Source: Lytechinus pictus
Taxonomy: Eukaryota
NCBI RefSeq assembly: GCF_037042905.1
Contig: NC_087245.1
Coordinates: forward strand, 3,040,001 to 3,104,000
Direction: 5' to 3'
Length of the DNA stretch: 64,000 nt
Shown here: in pieces, positions 25,001 through 37,008 of the stretch
Numbering within the stretch: position 1 is the stretch's first letter
Layout: each line of letters begins with the position of its first letter
Made by a program: the position numbers and the translations under genes
Notes under the pieces: model-generated
The model's database searches: none
Told to the model about the DNA's origin: nothing
Seen by the model: the letters and a program-made list of their open reading frames with translations, nothing else

Positions 25001-28000
25001 TCTAAAATAACTTTATGATATAAAAAAAAAAGATGAAAAACATGCTTATAAATTGTAGTTTTCTTTTTAATGTTAAAATTCTTTAAAATAATTGATTTTA
25101 AAGAAATTAAGTGTCCCTTTTATGTGTAATAGAGTAGGTGCTTAAAGGGATGGTCCGGGCTGAAAATATTTATATCTTAATACATAGAGTAGAATTCACT
25201 GAGCAAAATGCCGAAAATTTCATCAAAATCAGATAACAAATAATTAAGTTATTGAAGTTTAAAGTTTAGCAATATTTTGTGAAAACAGTCGTCATTAATA
25301 TTCATTAGGTGGGCTGATGATGTCACATCTCCACTTTCCGTTTTCTTATGTTAATACATAAAATCATATTTTTTCATTATTTCATACTTGTGTGAATAAT
25401 ATGTCTCCCTTATAATGAAATAAGTTGCAGCAATAAATATCTAATGCACTAAATCAGTTGACAATCCAATTTTTCTAGTTCTTGGAGGAAAAAATGTGAA
25501 TAAACCTAATTTCATATAATAAAATAAAAAAGAACAAGTGGAGACGTGACATCATCAGCCCACCTAATGAATATTCATGACGACTGTTTTCATAAAATAT
25601 TGCAAAACTTTAAAATTCAATAACTTTGTTATTTGTTATCAGATTTTGATGAAATTTTCGGCATTTTGCTCCATGAATTCTACTCTATTTATTAAGCTAT
25701 ACATGTACATGTACATACGTTCAGCCCGGACCATCCCTTTAATAAATGTGTATTTTGAGTTGTGTTTTATACACATTGTAATACTCTGTAATACATCTTA
25801 CTCATTATTTTTTTTCAAATTATTCATTTTGATTTAATAAAACAGGTGTAGATTCAGTCAGATGTTAAAGCCTATATTTGAAGAAGCTGCTAAGGTTGCC
25901 CAACAAGAGTTTCCTGTACAGGGCCAGGTAGTCTTTGGAGGCCTTGATTGTGATAAATATCGTAAGTAGAATTAACCATGGTTGATAATATCACCAACTA
26001 GAGTCTAAAATTGATCCAGTTCTTATTTTATTTCTGACTATCTACAAACTGTATGGAGCAGTGATGCCTAATTGTGCATTCTACATTCTGACTGAAAGTA
26101 TCTTAATTATAATATGTGTAATTATACAGGTGTTTGTCCTTATTTGTTCTGCTTAGGGTTACATTATTTTTGCAAATAAAAAAGTGAAAAGAACTATATT
26201 TTATGCTCTTATGTGACTTTCACGAGTCACCACTTCAATTAGCTGTCATATTAATTTATTTGTATTATTTTGTCAGATTTAGATCAAATCCAAAAATTAA
26301 AAAATCAGATCACAAAATATTCTGATCAATGTTCATTTTATTATGTACATGTACTGATATTTTTAGCGTTGTTATGATGAAATTAGTTAGCAGCATATAA
26401 AGCTTGGGATGTACATGAATTAAACACAAAAAGTAAGTTCCCTGAAATCAGAAGGGCACAATTTTTGCAATGAAGACCTTATATTTGGTCTCTGGAAATT
26501 CCTGAAATCATTTGTTATGTTGAATAAAAGATCAGTTATATGAAAACAGCTGTGGCTTGTATTGTAGGAAGGTTACAGTTTGCATCTACAAATATGCACA
26601 TGTAGGTATTAGAAGTCTTCAACTGTTTGACCGGTCAGTGTTTTGATTATTTGTTTTTGTTTCATTTAACTTTTATGGAAAGTCCTCTTACTAAAACAAC
26701 GGAAGAGATCAGTATTAAAATTAAGAAGGGGATGGAGACTAATTAAAAACTTCTGATTGGGAGACATTGTTAAGGAAATATTTCACCCAGTGCAACAGCT
26801 GGTGGTGGTTGAATTTGAAATAGTAATCTCCACAGATGTGAGATGGCTTATTTTCAGTTAAGCAGCTTTGTGTTATTCTATCCTGACTTGAATAATGGTG
26901 CAATTTATTATGGCTATAAAGGAATAGCAGGAAATATTTTTCATTCATATGAATGACAAAGAAATGCATTTCCTCTTTTGGGATAAGGAAATCAAAGTAT
27001 CGTTTGCTTTCACTTTCTGATAAAAAATAGACCTTAAGAAATTCAGTTACGCTTCATGTTTGAAAAATTGCCAGGTGTACCTTAAAGAGTTTTGATTACC
27101 GGTATCAACAATCAGTATATTCCAATTATGCGAATCATTTACTACATATAAATTCACATCTTGATTGTATTTTAATGTAAGAATGCTGCCAATAGATACA
27201 GATGGTTTATATTCCTTACTCACAGATCCTGTGAATTATCTAATTTTCTCCCTTCATACCATTAGCGGCCCTGGCCAAGAAGTACCACATATCCAAATAC
27301 CCAACATTGAAGTTATTTCGAGGAGGTCAACTTGCCAAGAGGGAGTACAGGTCACAGAGATCAAAGGATGCTTTTGTGGCACACATCAGGGAAAACTTGA
27401 AGGACCCGGTAATCCAGCTTGCAAGTCCAGATGATGTATCTGGTCTAGATGTAGGTTTTTTTTTAAATATATATATATATATAATTCTAATAGTCCACCA
27501 AAGAGAATTACACTTTACATAAAATATCCAGACATTGATTTGTAAACATGGATTAGTAGTACACATTTGAAGGGTTATATGCCATGAATTGTAACTACTG
27601 TACATGCTATTGTTATACATTGTATGCTACTTATTACAAATGCAAGGTGATTGGCAAAGAGTAAATTTGCCTCAATTTATTTTTTTCTTGTGGAATTAAA
27701 AATAGAATCAAAGGAAAATTCATTGCAAGGTAGAGTGCAGTACAGAATAAGTAAAAAGGTGAATCAAACCACTACTGTTCTGTAATTTTGTATAGAGTAA
27801 TATATGTTGGTAGCATCCATCCTTAGCTTGTTTTGATTATTGGAAGGTTAGAACATATCTACGGTACTTATTGCAGAAGGTGACGGATGTGTTTTGCAGC
27901 CAGCTGTTCAGAACAGACATCACTAGATAATAATGAATGCTTGTCAGGGAATGGCATTGAAATGATAGAGCATAAAGAAGTATTTTATTCTTCATTAATG

Positions 28001-31000
28001 TTTTACCTGCCAAAGTGATAGGAATGTCCCCGTGGTCATAAGCCAATTACATTTCAACCTTGTCTGTCTCTCTGCTCATTCAAATTGAATGTGATTTGAT
28101 ATGTTTTGGATGCTGTTATCTTTTTTTTTTTAATGTTATCTTTAGTAATGACATTACCTTGAGGAATTATAATTATAACATCGGAACCATTTCTACTGTT
28201 GTCATATATTTTGCTACCAGGCAAGGAGTATACACTCAGACATAGGCTGTTTACCAAATAGCCTTGGTAACTTTAAAAAAGTACCCTCTTACAATAAATT
28301 TGGGTCAAATGAAAATTTGATTTGGTCTCGACAAGTTTAACTCGTACATTATTCATCATTTTCAGGAGCTACCAATTCAGTTTGTTTTGAGAACTGTATC
28401 AATGCAAAAGATTTATGTCAAGTGAAAAATTTATTTATGAATTGCTGATTTATATTTGTAACAGGAGAGCAAACGTAAAGTCATTGGATATTTCAGGAGT
28501 TATGCTGATGCTGATTATGCTACATTTAAGAGGGTTACAAGTAGTCTAAGAGATGATTGCACATTCTATGCTGGATCAGGGTGAGTAGTTTTTATATGCT
28601 CAGATACCTTATAAAATGTCAGAATCTTGTATTTCTAGAGGAATTCCATAAACCAGCTGTCATTTCCAACCCATATATTTCATGATATTAAACAAAATTG
28701 CAGGAAAGATGCAATGAAAAGATGCACAGTGCCTTTATTAATGACTAAATTCTTGCTATAAAAAGACGCTATTTGACAAGTTGCCTAGCCCTACTCTCAT
28801 TATTTGAACATTCACTATTTGCATGAAGTTATAACTGGTCTTCTGAGGCACAGTGTACATGTAGGTAGTCCTAAAAAAGGACTTATTATTTTGGTAAAAT
28901 TCTGTAAAGCTCATGTAACAATGTTTTCGTTGGGTCATTACCAACCCATGCAGGGCTTGAGATACTCTTTATGATATCCATTTAGTCTGATTTCAGAAAA
29001 TCCTTGGTAATGGATTTACTAAGGCTTGGTTTGCTTCATGGTACGTCTTTGCTCACTCAGTATGAGTGGCCAGAATGTAGTTTTGAACAAGATTCTACTT
29101 TATCTCATTGAATGAATAAATGTCTATGTATTGTTCTTTTTTTATAGTTTTTAATTCTATCCTGGATTTTGTTTTTCGGTTAGTATATTTGTGTGTATAA
29201 AACTGTAATTGTTCAGTATAGAATTTAATTTATGGAATCTATGTTAAAACGCAAAATGTAATTTCAATATCTGTTCTGTTTCTCAGATTTGTTTGTTTTG
29301 TTTTTTGATTACAGAGAAGCCTTCAGTAAAGAGTTGGCTCCAGGAAATAGCATTATGTATCGACCCCCGAGGGTAAGGGTTCACATTCCTTTTTATCACC
29401 ATCAGTATCATCATATTAATCCTCCTCATGTTTCCTTTTTCTTCTTATTATTGTATTAATATTCTTTTCAATTTCAAATTCAATTTTATTTGATATTTCA
29501 TTGGCTTTCCAAATATGCTGTTAAACTTGTTTGATGAAGATACAAACTTTCAGATTTATGGAATTTGTGCGACAGGATTTGTGCATATTCTTGAAAGTAC
29601 AATTCAAAGTGTAAACTTGATGTCCATTTATTACGAATTCCACAAGTATATAATATTGACTCTGTAAAGGCAGAAGAATGAAAGAATTACATGTACATCT
29701 TTGTTCATCAAGATTAGGTGTTTTTTTACCTTTTTTTCCAGGATTATGGTCTTTAAATACCAGGAACTGTCTGGGAACCTGAAGCCTCCAGAATTGTTTC
29801 TCTTTCTACAATTTACTTTCAGTCAACATTTCCTATTTTGCTTCACCTTCTTTGTAATGATGATACCATGACTGTTGTTTTGAAAGACACTGCTTTTTTC
29901 ACAATGAATATTGTAGCCATTTTGAAAAAAATGTACATATCATCAAATGAAAGCATCAAGTAATTGACTTTAACTTTGTAAATTTTTGTTCTTATTCTTT
30001 TTTACAGTCTATAGATCAAGACATGATATACCTTGGATCAATGACTAATGTTGAACTTCTTAGAGCTTGGTCCACTGATAAATGTATTCCACTGGTTCGA
30101 GAAATCACATTTGAAAATGGAGAGGTGAGCTGAGATCCTATGAATAATTGTCATAGATTTAGAAAATGTTTTTAATGATTGGTGTATTCTTATGGATATG
30201 CTTTTAAGAAAGCTTCTGCACATCATCCAACAAGTGGGATAGTCAGTAGTAATAATAATGAGAAGTGGTGTTAGTATATCCCTTTGCTTCAAACTTGGTG
30301 GTATTTGATTTCAATATAGCCATTTCCTCTGTATTTCTTGGCTGTTACCAAACTTTCTGGGTTTCAATAATTTTCAAGGATCTAGAATAATTACTCTGTA
30401 TAGACTAATTCTGTAAAGTGAATGAAGGTGATAATTACAGTTCACACGTTGGATTCTTCTAAGTGATTATACCTGTCTGATAGTAGAAACCATATTTTCG
30501 AACAGTTACAGTACAACATTGATGTTGACCAACTCCTCTGTTGTGTATGCTGAGTTAATTAAAACCAATACAATGGGTCAGATGCATAAAAAGTAGCAAT
30601 TGATTTTGCTAGGCTTTTGCTTGATTCCGTATGCATAAAAATGAGCAAGCAATGCTTTTGCTTGTAAGTTCAAGCAATCGCTAATTGAATGCTAGCATTA
30701 CCTTGACGATTAAGCTATTGCTAAAAGCGTACCCACAAAGCAAACTTTTCGCTTGTGCGTTTAAGCACTTGCTTGAGTTTTGTCAAGCTCTGTCAGAGCA
30801 GTTTGAGCGTTTGATTGATCAGTGCATTCACGTTTTTTAATCATGTTTATGCACCTGAGAGAGAACCCCAAGGTGTACCGTAACCTACTTATACGTTTTC
30901 TATCTAATAAGTGCAAACCAAATGCTGAATATATGAATTTATCAAAAAGAAACACGTTAGTTTGACATCACGTCTGAGGAAAAGATGTTGTATGAAAGAA

Positions 31001-34000
31001 GCGGTAAGTTGCATTGCCACACCTTTGCGTTCAAGCTCTGCCTTCTCTGTAAGTCGTGTTCGCACCAGCATGACGTCAATATTGTTCAAACCCCTAGCAA
31101 TTGCTCTCTGAAGGCAAGAAAAGGGTTCAAGCATTAGCAAAGGGTTATGCATATGAAATAAAAGCAATTGCTGATGCATGATCTTTTGCTTGGCTAGCTA
31201 TTGCTTGTGCTTGAAGCAATTGCTTTCCAGCAATTTTTATGCATTTGACCCATTGTCATCTATTTTGGATAGCTGCTGACCTTGGTGATGGAACATTTGT
31301 ATTGAATTATCACATTTTCAATGTGGTTTTATCTCACATGCTTAATGTAGAAGGAGGTATTACATAAAACTTGTGATTAAACAAGTATATTCAAGAGACA
31401 GAGAGATGTCATGATAAGAACTTTTAGCTGCTTGTTACAATGACTTTATGATTCTTTTAATATTTTTTTTATCACAGGAATTGACAGAGGAAGGACTGCC
31501 TTTCTTGATTCTATTCCACAATCCAGATGATACAGAAATACTGAGACAATTCAATGATATGATTTTAAGAGAGGTTATATCTGAAAGAGGTGAGAATATG
31601 CTGAAATTATGTATTGTCATTAGGGTGTTTAAACCTCACATAAAAAAAGAAATTGAGGGCAGTTCAGTTGTCTTTTAATAGTGGTAACCTTACATTATCT
31701 GTAAACAGTCTCCTTACTCTGGTAAAGAATTCTTCATAGGCAAAGGAAGATTATATTCAATACTGTATGTCAACACTGTAAAATCAATCTTTTCTGAGCT
31801 GCCTTTGATTAAAAACAAAAATATGTGATGTTCGAACACCTAAATGTCGATATAAATCATGTTGAATTTAGTTGGATATCTCAGTCTTACTCTTTGTGTA
31901 CTTGTGAATTGACAATTTCTGACATGTAATGGATATAGCAGCACAAAATTAAAATTTTTCTGATACACAGAATGATTTGTGACTTGTGATGTTCATTATA
32001 ATATTCTGCGGTAGAAATCAAGCTATCTTTCAAACTGATGTAAAGATTGCCTTCTATGGCTCATACGGTAGTGGCCATTAAATATTCTCAGATATGAAAT
32101 AATGTCAATAACTAACCCAAATCTATGTATAGATAATTTAATTAATTCAGTATCTTTAACAGTGCTCATTCCTGTTTTGATTAACTTTCATTACCTATTT
32201 ACCGCTTTCTTTTTGCTTTTTTTTTTCAGGAAATGTGAATTTCTTGACTGCGGATGGTACAAAGTTTACTCATCCCTTACACCATTTAGGGAAAACCCCT
32301 AAAGACCTTCCAGTAATAGCTATAGATAGCTTCAGACATATGTATATTTTCCCTAACATCAAAGAATTAACGTAAGTATCATTTTACTCTTACTTTTATT
32401 TTACTCAACTTCATCCCGGGGGGCGTTTCATGAAAGGACTTGTCGGACGTTTTATCCGACAAGTCCCATTTTATCCGACAGTTACCATAGTAACAGTACC
32501 TCTCAGCCAATCAACATCAGAGAAAGATGTCAGATCTGACAACTTGTCGGATGAAAATGTTGATGAAACACCCCCCAGGTGACCTAACCATATTCTTATT
32601 GTGAAGTACACAAAGTGAAAATTATAAGAAGTGAGGTCTGATACAAATTTATAATGATTCTGGTTATGTAAAATGACTCATCTTTCATATTAAAAAAAAA
32701 TTAATTTCCATTATATATATAATTTTTCACCCCTGGGCTAGCAGCCGAAGTATTTTACACTGTTGACAAGGCTACTGTACTCAGCATTAATTGGTATTTC
32801 TTCCTTAACCCTATCAAAACTGGGCTATTTCAGACCAGAATATACTGGAGGGGGGTCAATTTGACCCTTCCCCCCTCAGATCTTGGCCGCTGATTGCTCG
32901 ATCGCCGCAAAAATTTGCATGCGCGTAGAGCCGGATGTAATCTACAAGACTGGTAAAAATGAATTGTTTATATTTTTATATCTTAAATTCTGCAAATAAG
33001 CGTATGAAATATGCCCTAATTTTGGTTTCTTGTGTATGTTTTTGCCTTTAACTCACGTTATAAAGCTAGTAGAATACTAATTTTGGTGGGAGTATCAATT
33101 ATTACATCTCTAACAAATGTCTACAAAAAAATTCAAAAATATAATTAATTTCTTATGTATTTTATTGTTTTTAAAATTCTTATGTATTTCTTTGTTTTTT
33201 CAAATCTTTGTTTTTTATTGTTTTTTCCAGTGAACTTTGTCAGGGACACTTTTGGGATCATAAATAGTATAAAATAAATCCATTTAAACCAACAAAAGTA
33301 AAAATAATACATTTATGAGTTATGGTTGAAAAACACAATTTGCATTGACTTTGTACACGGAATCACGTTTTTGAGCAATTTCGGGTCTGACATGCACTTA
33401 CAAATGTTGCGTAATTTCGGAATCGCTTACCCGGGCGTCAGAAATTTGGTCTCAAAAGATGCGCAAGACTTGAAAGTAAAAAGTCAGCGTGGGGCGCGGT
33501 CAAAAAATTTCGCGCGGCGGCGTAGTGACAAAATTTGATGAGGGGGGGGTCAATTTGACCCCCCCCCCCCAGTTTATTAAGGGTTAAGTCCTTTTAGTGC
33601 AAAGACAAGAGTCTGCAAAATGGTTGAGAAATATGTCATTTTACTTGATTTAAAGATCAATTTTCATATCTATGAAAAGCTAGCCAGGATGCCCCATGGC
33701 ATTACTGGCTGATTTTTCAAGAACGAATATCATACAAGGGAAAAATTGACAAGATGAAAAATGCTGAATGTTTTGAATAGGCTTGACTGTATTACAATAG
33801 TGGGTGATCACTTTAATTTTGGACTTTTAGTCAGTCAATTTGAAATGAAATTGGTGCCTTAGAGTATTTTTTGTTACAAAGACAGAGTTTATCAAAATTA
33901 GATGAATAGTTTATCATGATTTTGAACCTATTTGCAATTTACCACAATGTTTTTGTGCTGTAGTCATCATCACATTATATTCAAAGTTTGTTTAGACTCA

Positions 34001-34304
34001 AAATAGTAACTTCCTATTAATCACAATCAGTTCATAGTAGAGAATTAAGATATTTCAAACAATAAAAAAAATATCGTTGGTGTTTTTAACATTCTTCTGC
34101 AGGGTTCCAAACAAGCTGAAGCAGTTTGTATTAGATCTTCATTCAGGTAAACTTCATCGAGAGTTTCACCATGGCCCTGACCCAGTCCAGCAACAGAATA
34201 CAGTACCTGGCTCTCCACCAACAGCTAAAACTGATCCTCCTGAAAGCCAGTTTGTCAAACTCATGCCCAGTGAAAATCGCTACTCATTCCGTGATGAGCT
34301 TTGA
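9999..34304 (+). CDS. ERP44: Endoplasmic reticulum resident protein 44 (ERp44/TXNDC4), 10 coding exons, 406 aa
   Basis: join(9999-10055,13402-13517,25846-25961,27266-27450,28465-28580,29315-29372,30008-30124,31478-31589,32230-32371,34103-34304) = 1221 nt. All introns GT-AG with consistent phases. Signal peptide, VNFYANW-CRFS thioredoxin motif, SKYPTLKLFR, PLVREITFENGEELTEEGLPFLILF, IDSFRHMY, DLHSGKLHREFHHGPDP, terminal RDEL. Confidence 0.96.
10326..10690. mobile_element. Partial copy of the hAT-like MITE family seen complete at 42494-43708
   Basis: TAGCCAGGCGGCTTC start and long near-identity to 42494-42815 and 43498-43530. Confidence 0.8.
10713..11520. repeat. Two diverged copies of a MITE-like repeat in inverted arrangement (about 10713-11173 and 11190-11520)
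   Basis: 10780-11065 aligns to the reverse complement of about 11205-11510; GTCTGCGC/GCGCAGAC subterminal motifs. Confidence 0.65.
11995..12185 (+). mobile_element. 5'-truncated SINE (core plus L2-like tail)
   Basis: GCTGCACTCAACCCAGGTGAGG core shared with the SINE at 47336; tail GCGCTATACAAATCC plus (TTA)-like repeats. Confidence 0.75.
13402..13517 (+). CDS. ERP44: ERp44 exon 2
   Basis: TTTTACAG acceptor; LCSVVCH...DIVFVNFYAN(W); GTAAGA donor. Confidence 0.93.
13618..14415. mobile_element. PIF/Harbinger-like MITE
   Basis: TTA|GGCTGCGTTTATGC ... GCATAAACGCATCC|TTA (3-bp TWA TSD). Confidence 0.85.
15140..15390 (+). mobile_element. Truncated Helentron-type non-autonomous element (HINE-like)
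   Basis: TTTTGTCTCGC-CTGCATAGCAGT-GCGAGAC hairpin start and one repeat unit; same family as 57247-58411. Confidence 0.7.
17511..17790 (-). mobile_element. 280-bp insertion, possibly a Penelope-like element terminal repeat, with a hammerhead-like motif
   Basis: Flanked by CTTGTA direct repeats (17505-17510, 17791-17796). Minus-strand motif GCCT-CCGACAAA-GATTCT.GCT.AGGATC-GAAA-GCTT-AGGC at 17530-17568. Confidence 0.5.
19126..19523 (+). mobile_element. ISL2EU-like MITE retaining the start of a THAP-like ORF
   Basis: AT|AGAGTACCGAAG ... CTTCGGTACTCT|AT; ATG at 19236 reads MVMCVVPGCYHHSESRN. Confidence 0.65.
19289..19459. mobile_element. Short palindromic MITE with CAG TSD (Harbinger/Nuwa-like)
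   Basis: CAG|GGCACCGTTTCATAAA ... TTTATGAAACGGCCCC|CAG; arms about 60 bp. Confidence 0.85.
21241..23139 (-). pseudogene. pogo-like transposase pseudogene: HTH(psq) - CENP-B-type HTH - DDE (mostly deleted) - OTU-like protease - basic linker - PHD finger
   Basis: MVQNYQRKTDR start at 23139; FQIPRTTLR; GRDWFTGFLKRN..LSIRQPESTSIGRATAFN; NVDET joined directly to ASWMRNNPGK...GFIKSGIMPFN..VF..KDFAPS; GDGHCLLHAV...SHYNAL; SPEIVVPYP..RKSAIL; CLVC...WVECVQC..WSHEEC...YLCHIC. Several frameshifts and a stop. Confidence 0.9.
25146..25738. mobile_element. Kolobok-like MITE
   Basis: TTAA|AGGGATGGTCCGGGCTGAA ... TTCAGCCCGGACCATCCCT|TTAA; TIRs about 190 bp. Confidence 0.9.
25846..25961 (+). CDS. ERP44: ERp44 exon 3
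   Basis: CRFSQMLKPIFEEAA...LDCDKY; AG/GTAAGT boundaries. Confidence 0.96.
27266..27450 (+). CDS. ERP44: ERp44 exon 4
   Basis: ALAKKYHISKYPTLKLFRGGQLAKREYRSQRS...GLD; GTAGGT donor. Confidence 0.95.
28465..28580 (+). CDS. ERP44: ERp44 exon 5
   Basis: ESKRKVIGYF...LRDDCTFYAGS; GTGAGT donor. Confidence 0.94.
29315..29372 (+). CDS. ERP44: ERp44 exon 6
   Basis: EAFSKELAPGNSIMYRPPR; phase fits both neighbours; GTAAGG donor. Confidence 0.9.
30008..30124 (+). CDS. ERP44: ERp44 exon 7
   Basis: SIDQDMIYLG...DKCIPLVREITFENGE; GTGAGC donor. Confidence 0.96.
30575..31251. mobile_element. MITE (superfamily uncertain)
   Basis: AT|GGGTCAGATGCATAAAAA ... TTTTTATGCATTTGACCC|AT; many AGCAA/TTGCT subterminal repeats. 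Confidence 0.8.
31478..31589 (+). CDS. ERP44: ERp44 exon 8
   Basis: ELTEEGLPFLILFH...ISER; GTGAGA donor. Confidence 0.96.
32230..32371 (+). CDS. ERP44: ERp44 exon 9
   Basis: NVNFLTADG...HPLHHLGK...LPVIAIDSFRHMY; GTAAGT donor. Confidence 0.96.
32419..32575. mobile_element. Short Harbinger/Nuwa-like MITE
   Basis: GGGGGCGTTTCAT ... ATGAAACACCCCC flanked by CCG/CAG. Confidence 0.75.
32809..33583. mobile_element. piggyBac-like MITE
   Basis: TTAA|CCCTATCAAAACTGGG ... CCCAGTTTATTAAGGG|TTAA; GGGTCAATTTGACCC palindromes near both ends. Confidence 0.88.
34103..34304 (+). CDS. ERP44: ERp44 exon 10 (last coding exon)
   Basis: VPNKLKQFVLDLHSGKLHREFHHGPDP...PPESQF..L.PSENRYSFRDEL then TGA. Confidence 0.97.
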
Positions 34305-34602
34305 GATTGGCCTTCTATTCATACATGTCCTTTTATTCAATCTGTGATGTCTATTTTTACAATATTTGCACAACTAGGACTTGTTTTCCCATTTTATATC
34401 TATGATATCTTTTAAAGATTTGAGCTTATTAATACACTTTATTTATTCAGAGATCTGAATAGATTGTAGAATAAATTTGAAAGATGGATGGATGATTTTG
34501 ATTCATGTAGTTTGACTTGTCGAGAGGGTTTTCATTTTAATTTTGCTTCCCTACTATAAAGTTCTTTTTTTTTAAATAGATGACCTAATGACTTTACCAA
34601 GA

Positions 34603-35000
34603 TGTATATTCTTTAGCCTGACATTCAATACTTTATACTGTGTTGGGAAGTCTGTTCTATTGAATGTATCTCACCAAAACACTGCTGTTAATCATCACCC
34701 TCATCAAACTAATCTATGTTCTGTTCAAAACAGTTGTATATTCTTTAGCCTGACATTCAATACTTTATACTGTGTTGGGAAGTCTGTTCTATTGAATGTA
34801 TCTCACCAAAACATTGCGGTTAATCATCACCCTCATCAAACTAGTCTATGTTCTGTTCAAAACAGATGTATATTCTTTAGCCTGACATTCAATACTTTAT
34901 ACTGTGTTGGGAAGTCTGTTCTATTGAATGTATCTCACCAAAACACTGCTGTTAATCATCCCCCTCATCAAACTAATCTATGTTCTGTTCAAAACAGTTG
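34603..35000. repeat. Tandem repeat, 132 bp x 3, downstream of the ERp44 stop codon
   Basis: TGTATATTCTTTAGCCTG recurs at 34603, 34735 and 34867 with very few differences. Confidence 0.95.
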
Positions 35001-36430
35001 CTACTGTAGGATTGCTATTAAAGATAGGATTATATTGTGAGTTTTCACAGATATTTGACACCTTTTAATACTCGCAGTGTTTCCACACCAGTAGGTATGC
35101 CAATCTATGACAGTGTTCTGGTCCAGTGAATATCACCATTTGTGAATTGTGATTAAAATGGAATATGACTGGTTTAAACTGCAAATTAATGAGAATAAAA
35201 ATGGATGCATATTTATTAGACTAGGATAGCCAAGAGAGCCTTTAATTGCAAATTGTTATCTTTCGTTGAGATAAATATTATTGCCATATTTCAAGTTTAT
35301 TTGAGTACATATTCTTTAAACACCTTCACCAGAAACATAACAAGGGGTCATTCCATCATGCTGCAACTATTTATCATGTTTTGATGAATATGATTGTGCA
35401 CTTTCATATCATTTTTTTGGTGGAAGATATTCAATGTTCACTTTACTACTTAAGGAGATGAGAAATATGTCATATAAAGATATTTTCAAATTGAAATATA
35501 CCCCTGTTTTTTGCAACCTTATTCCTGCATAGTCATATATTCTGTTTATTTGTTTTTTAAACATATAAGACACAAATTTTCTTGTTTTCTACTATCAAGC
35601 AATAAAATGATATGATTTTCCCCATGAAATATGGTTGGTTGCATGCATTTTAGGATCTGTATATTTCCAATGTTATTTGATATTTCTTTCCAATTATATT
35701 GACATAATCCTGACTCTAAGAATAAAGAAAATAATCACGCACTAGTCCTGAGTTATATGAATTTTATATTTGTGTTCTAGGAGGACATAATGCTGCAAAT
35801 ATAGGCATTTTCTGATAATTGTAATATCTTTTGGTAATATATATCTTGCATCAATTTTTCAACCAAAGATTTGGTATTGACATTCACCCAATTCTTATCT
35901 TGTACAAAGGACTTGATGAAGGCAATATCCAGATATTTGTTTTAAATTGTTGATTATTATAAATGTTTACGATTGTAGAAATTTCTTGTGTGTTTTCTCT
36001 AAAGATTCTTTCGGCATCTTTTGTTTTATTGACGGCAATTCATGATTGAGGTATCATTTTATACTGCATTTTTGTTACTCTACCTTATCGTACAAATAAT
36101 TTGAGATGTTAGGAGTGAAATATTTTTCTCATAGCCAGTGTCCCTCTTCCTACAGAAGAATGTAGAAGAGTAAAAATTGTCATAATAATTCTAGTTATGT
36201 TATCATAAATGTCAATCATACTTCAAGTGCAGTGCAGTGCACAACAGATTTCAATGTTTCTTATGTGAGAAATTGATCGGATCTGTGTCATGCATGGAAA
36301 TTTTATTAGATTCAGAATCATTGTATGTGGGATGGTAAAGTAACCTACCAAATTGACCAGTTATTTTTGGTGGGCTTCAGAAGTTTTATTAACTGCAATA
36401 GGAACTTGCTCCTCTTAACATACACATTAA

Positions 36431-37008
36431 AGGGATGGTCCGGGCTGAAAGTATGTTTAGCTTAATAAATAGAGTAGAATTCACTGAGCAAAATGCCGAA
36501 AATTTCATCAATATTGGATAACAAATAACAAAGTTATTGAATTTTAAAGTTTAGCAATATTTTGTGAAAACAGTTGTCATGAATATTCATTAGGTGGGCT
36601 GATGTCACATCCCCACTTGTTCTTTTGTATTTTATTATATGAAATGAGGTTTATTCAAATTTTTTCCTCCAAGAACTGGAAAAATTGAATTGACAACTGA
36701 TTTAGTGCATTAGATATTTATTGCTGCAACTTATTTCATTATAAGGGAGACATATTATTCACACAAGTATGAAATAATGAAAAATTATGATTTTATATAA
36801 TAACATAAGAAAACGGAAAGTGGAGATGTGACATCATCAGCCCACCTAATGAATATTCATGACGACTGTTTTTACAGAATATTGCTAAACTTTAAACTTC
36901 AATAACGTTATTATTTGTTATTTGATTTTGATGAAATTTTCGGCATTTTGCTCAGTGAATTCTACTCTATGTATTAAGATATAAATATTTTCAGCCCGGA
37001 CCATCCCT
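36431..37008. mobile_element. Kolobok-like MITE, inverted copy of 25146-25738
   Basis: Same TIRs and TTAA TSD; the interior is the reverse complement of the first copy. Confidence 0.9.

Noticed and set aside
34588..35040. 150-aa ORF with three repeats
   Set aside because: Results from a 132-bp (multiple of 3) tandem repeat after the ERp44 stop; no protein-like features.
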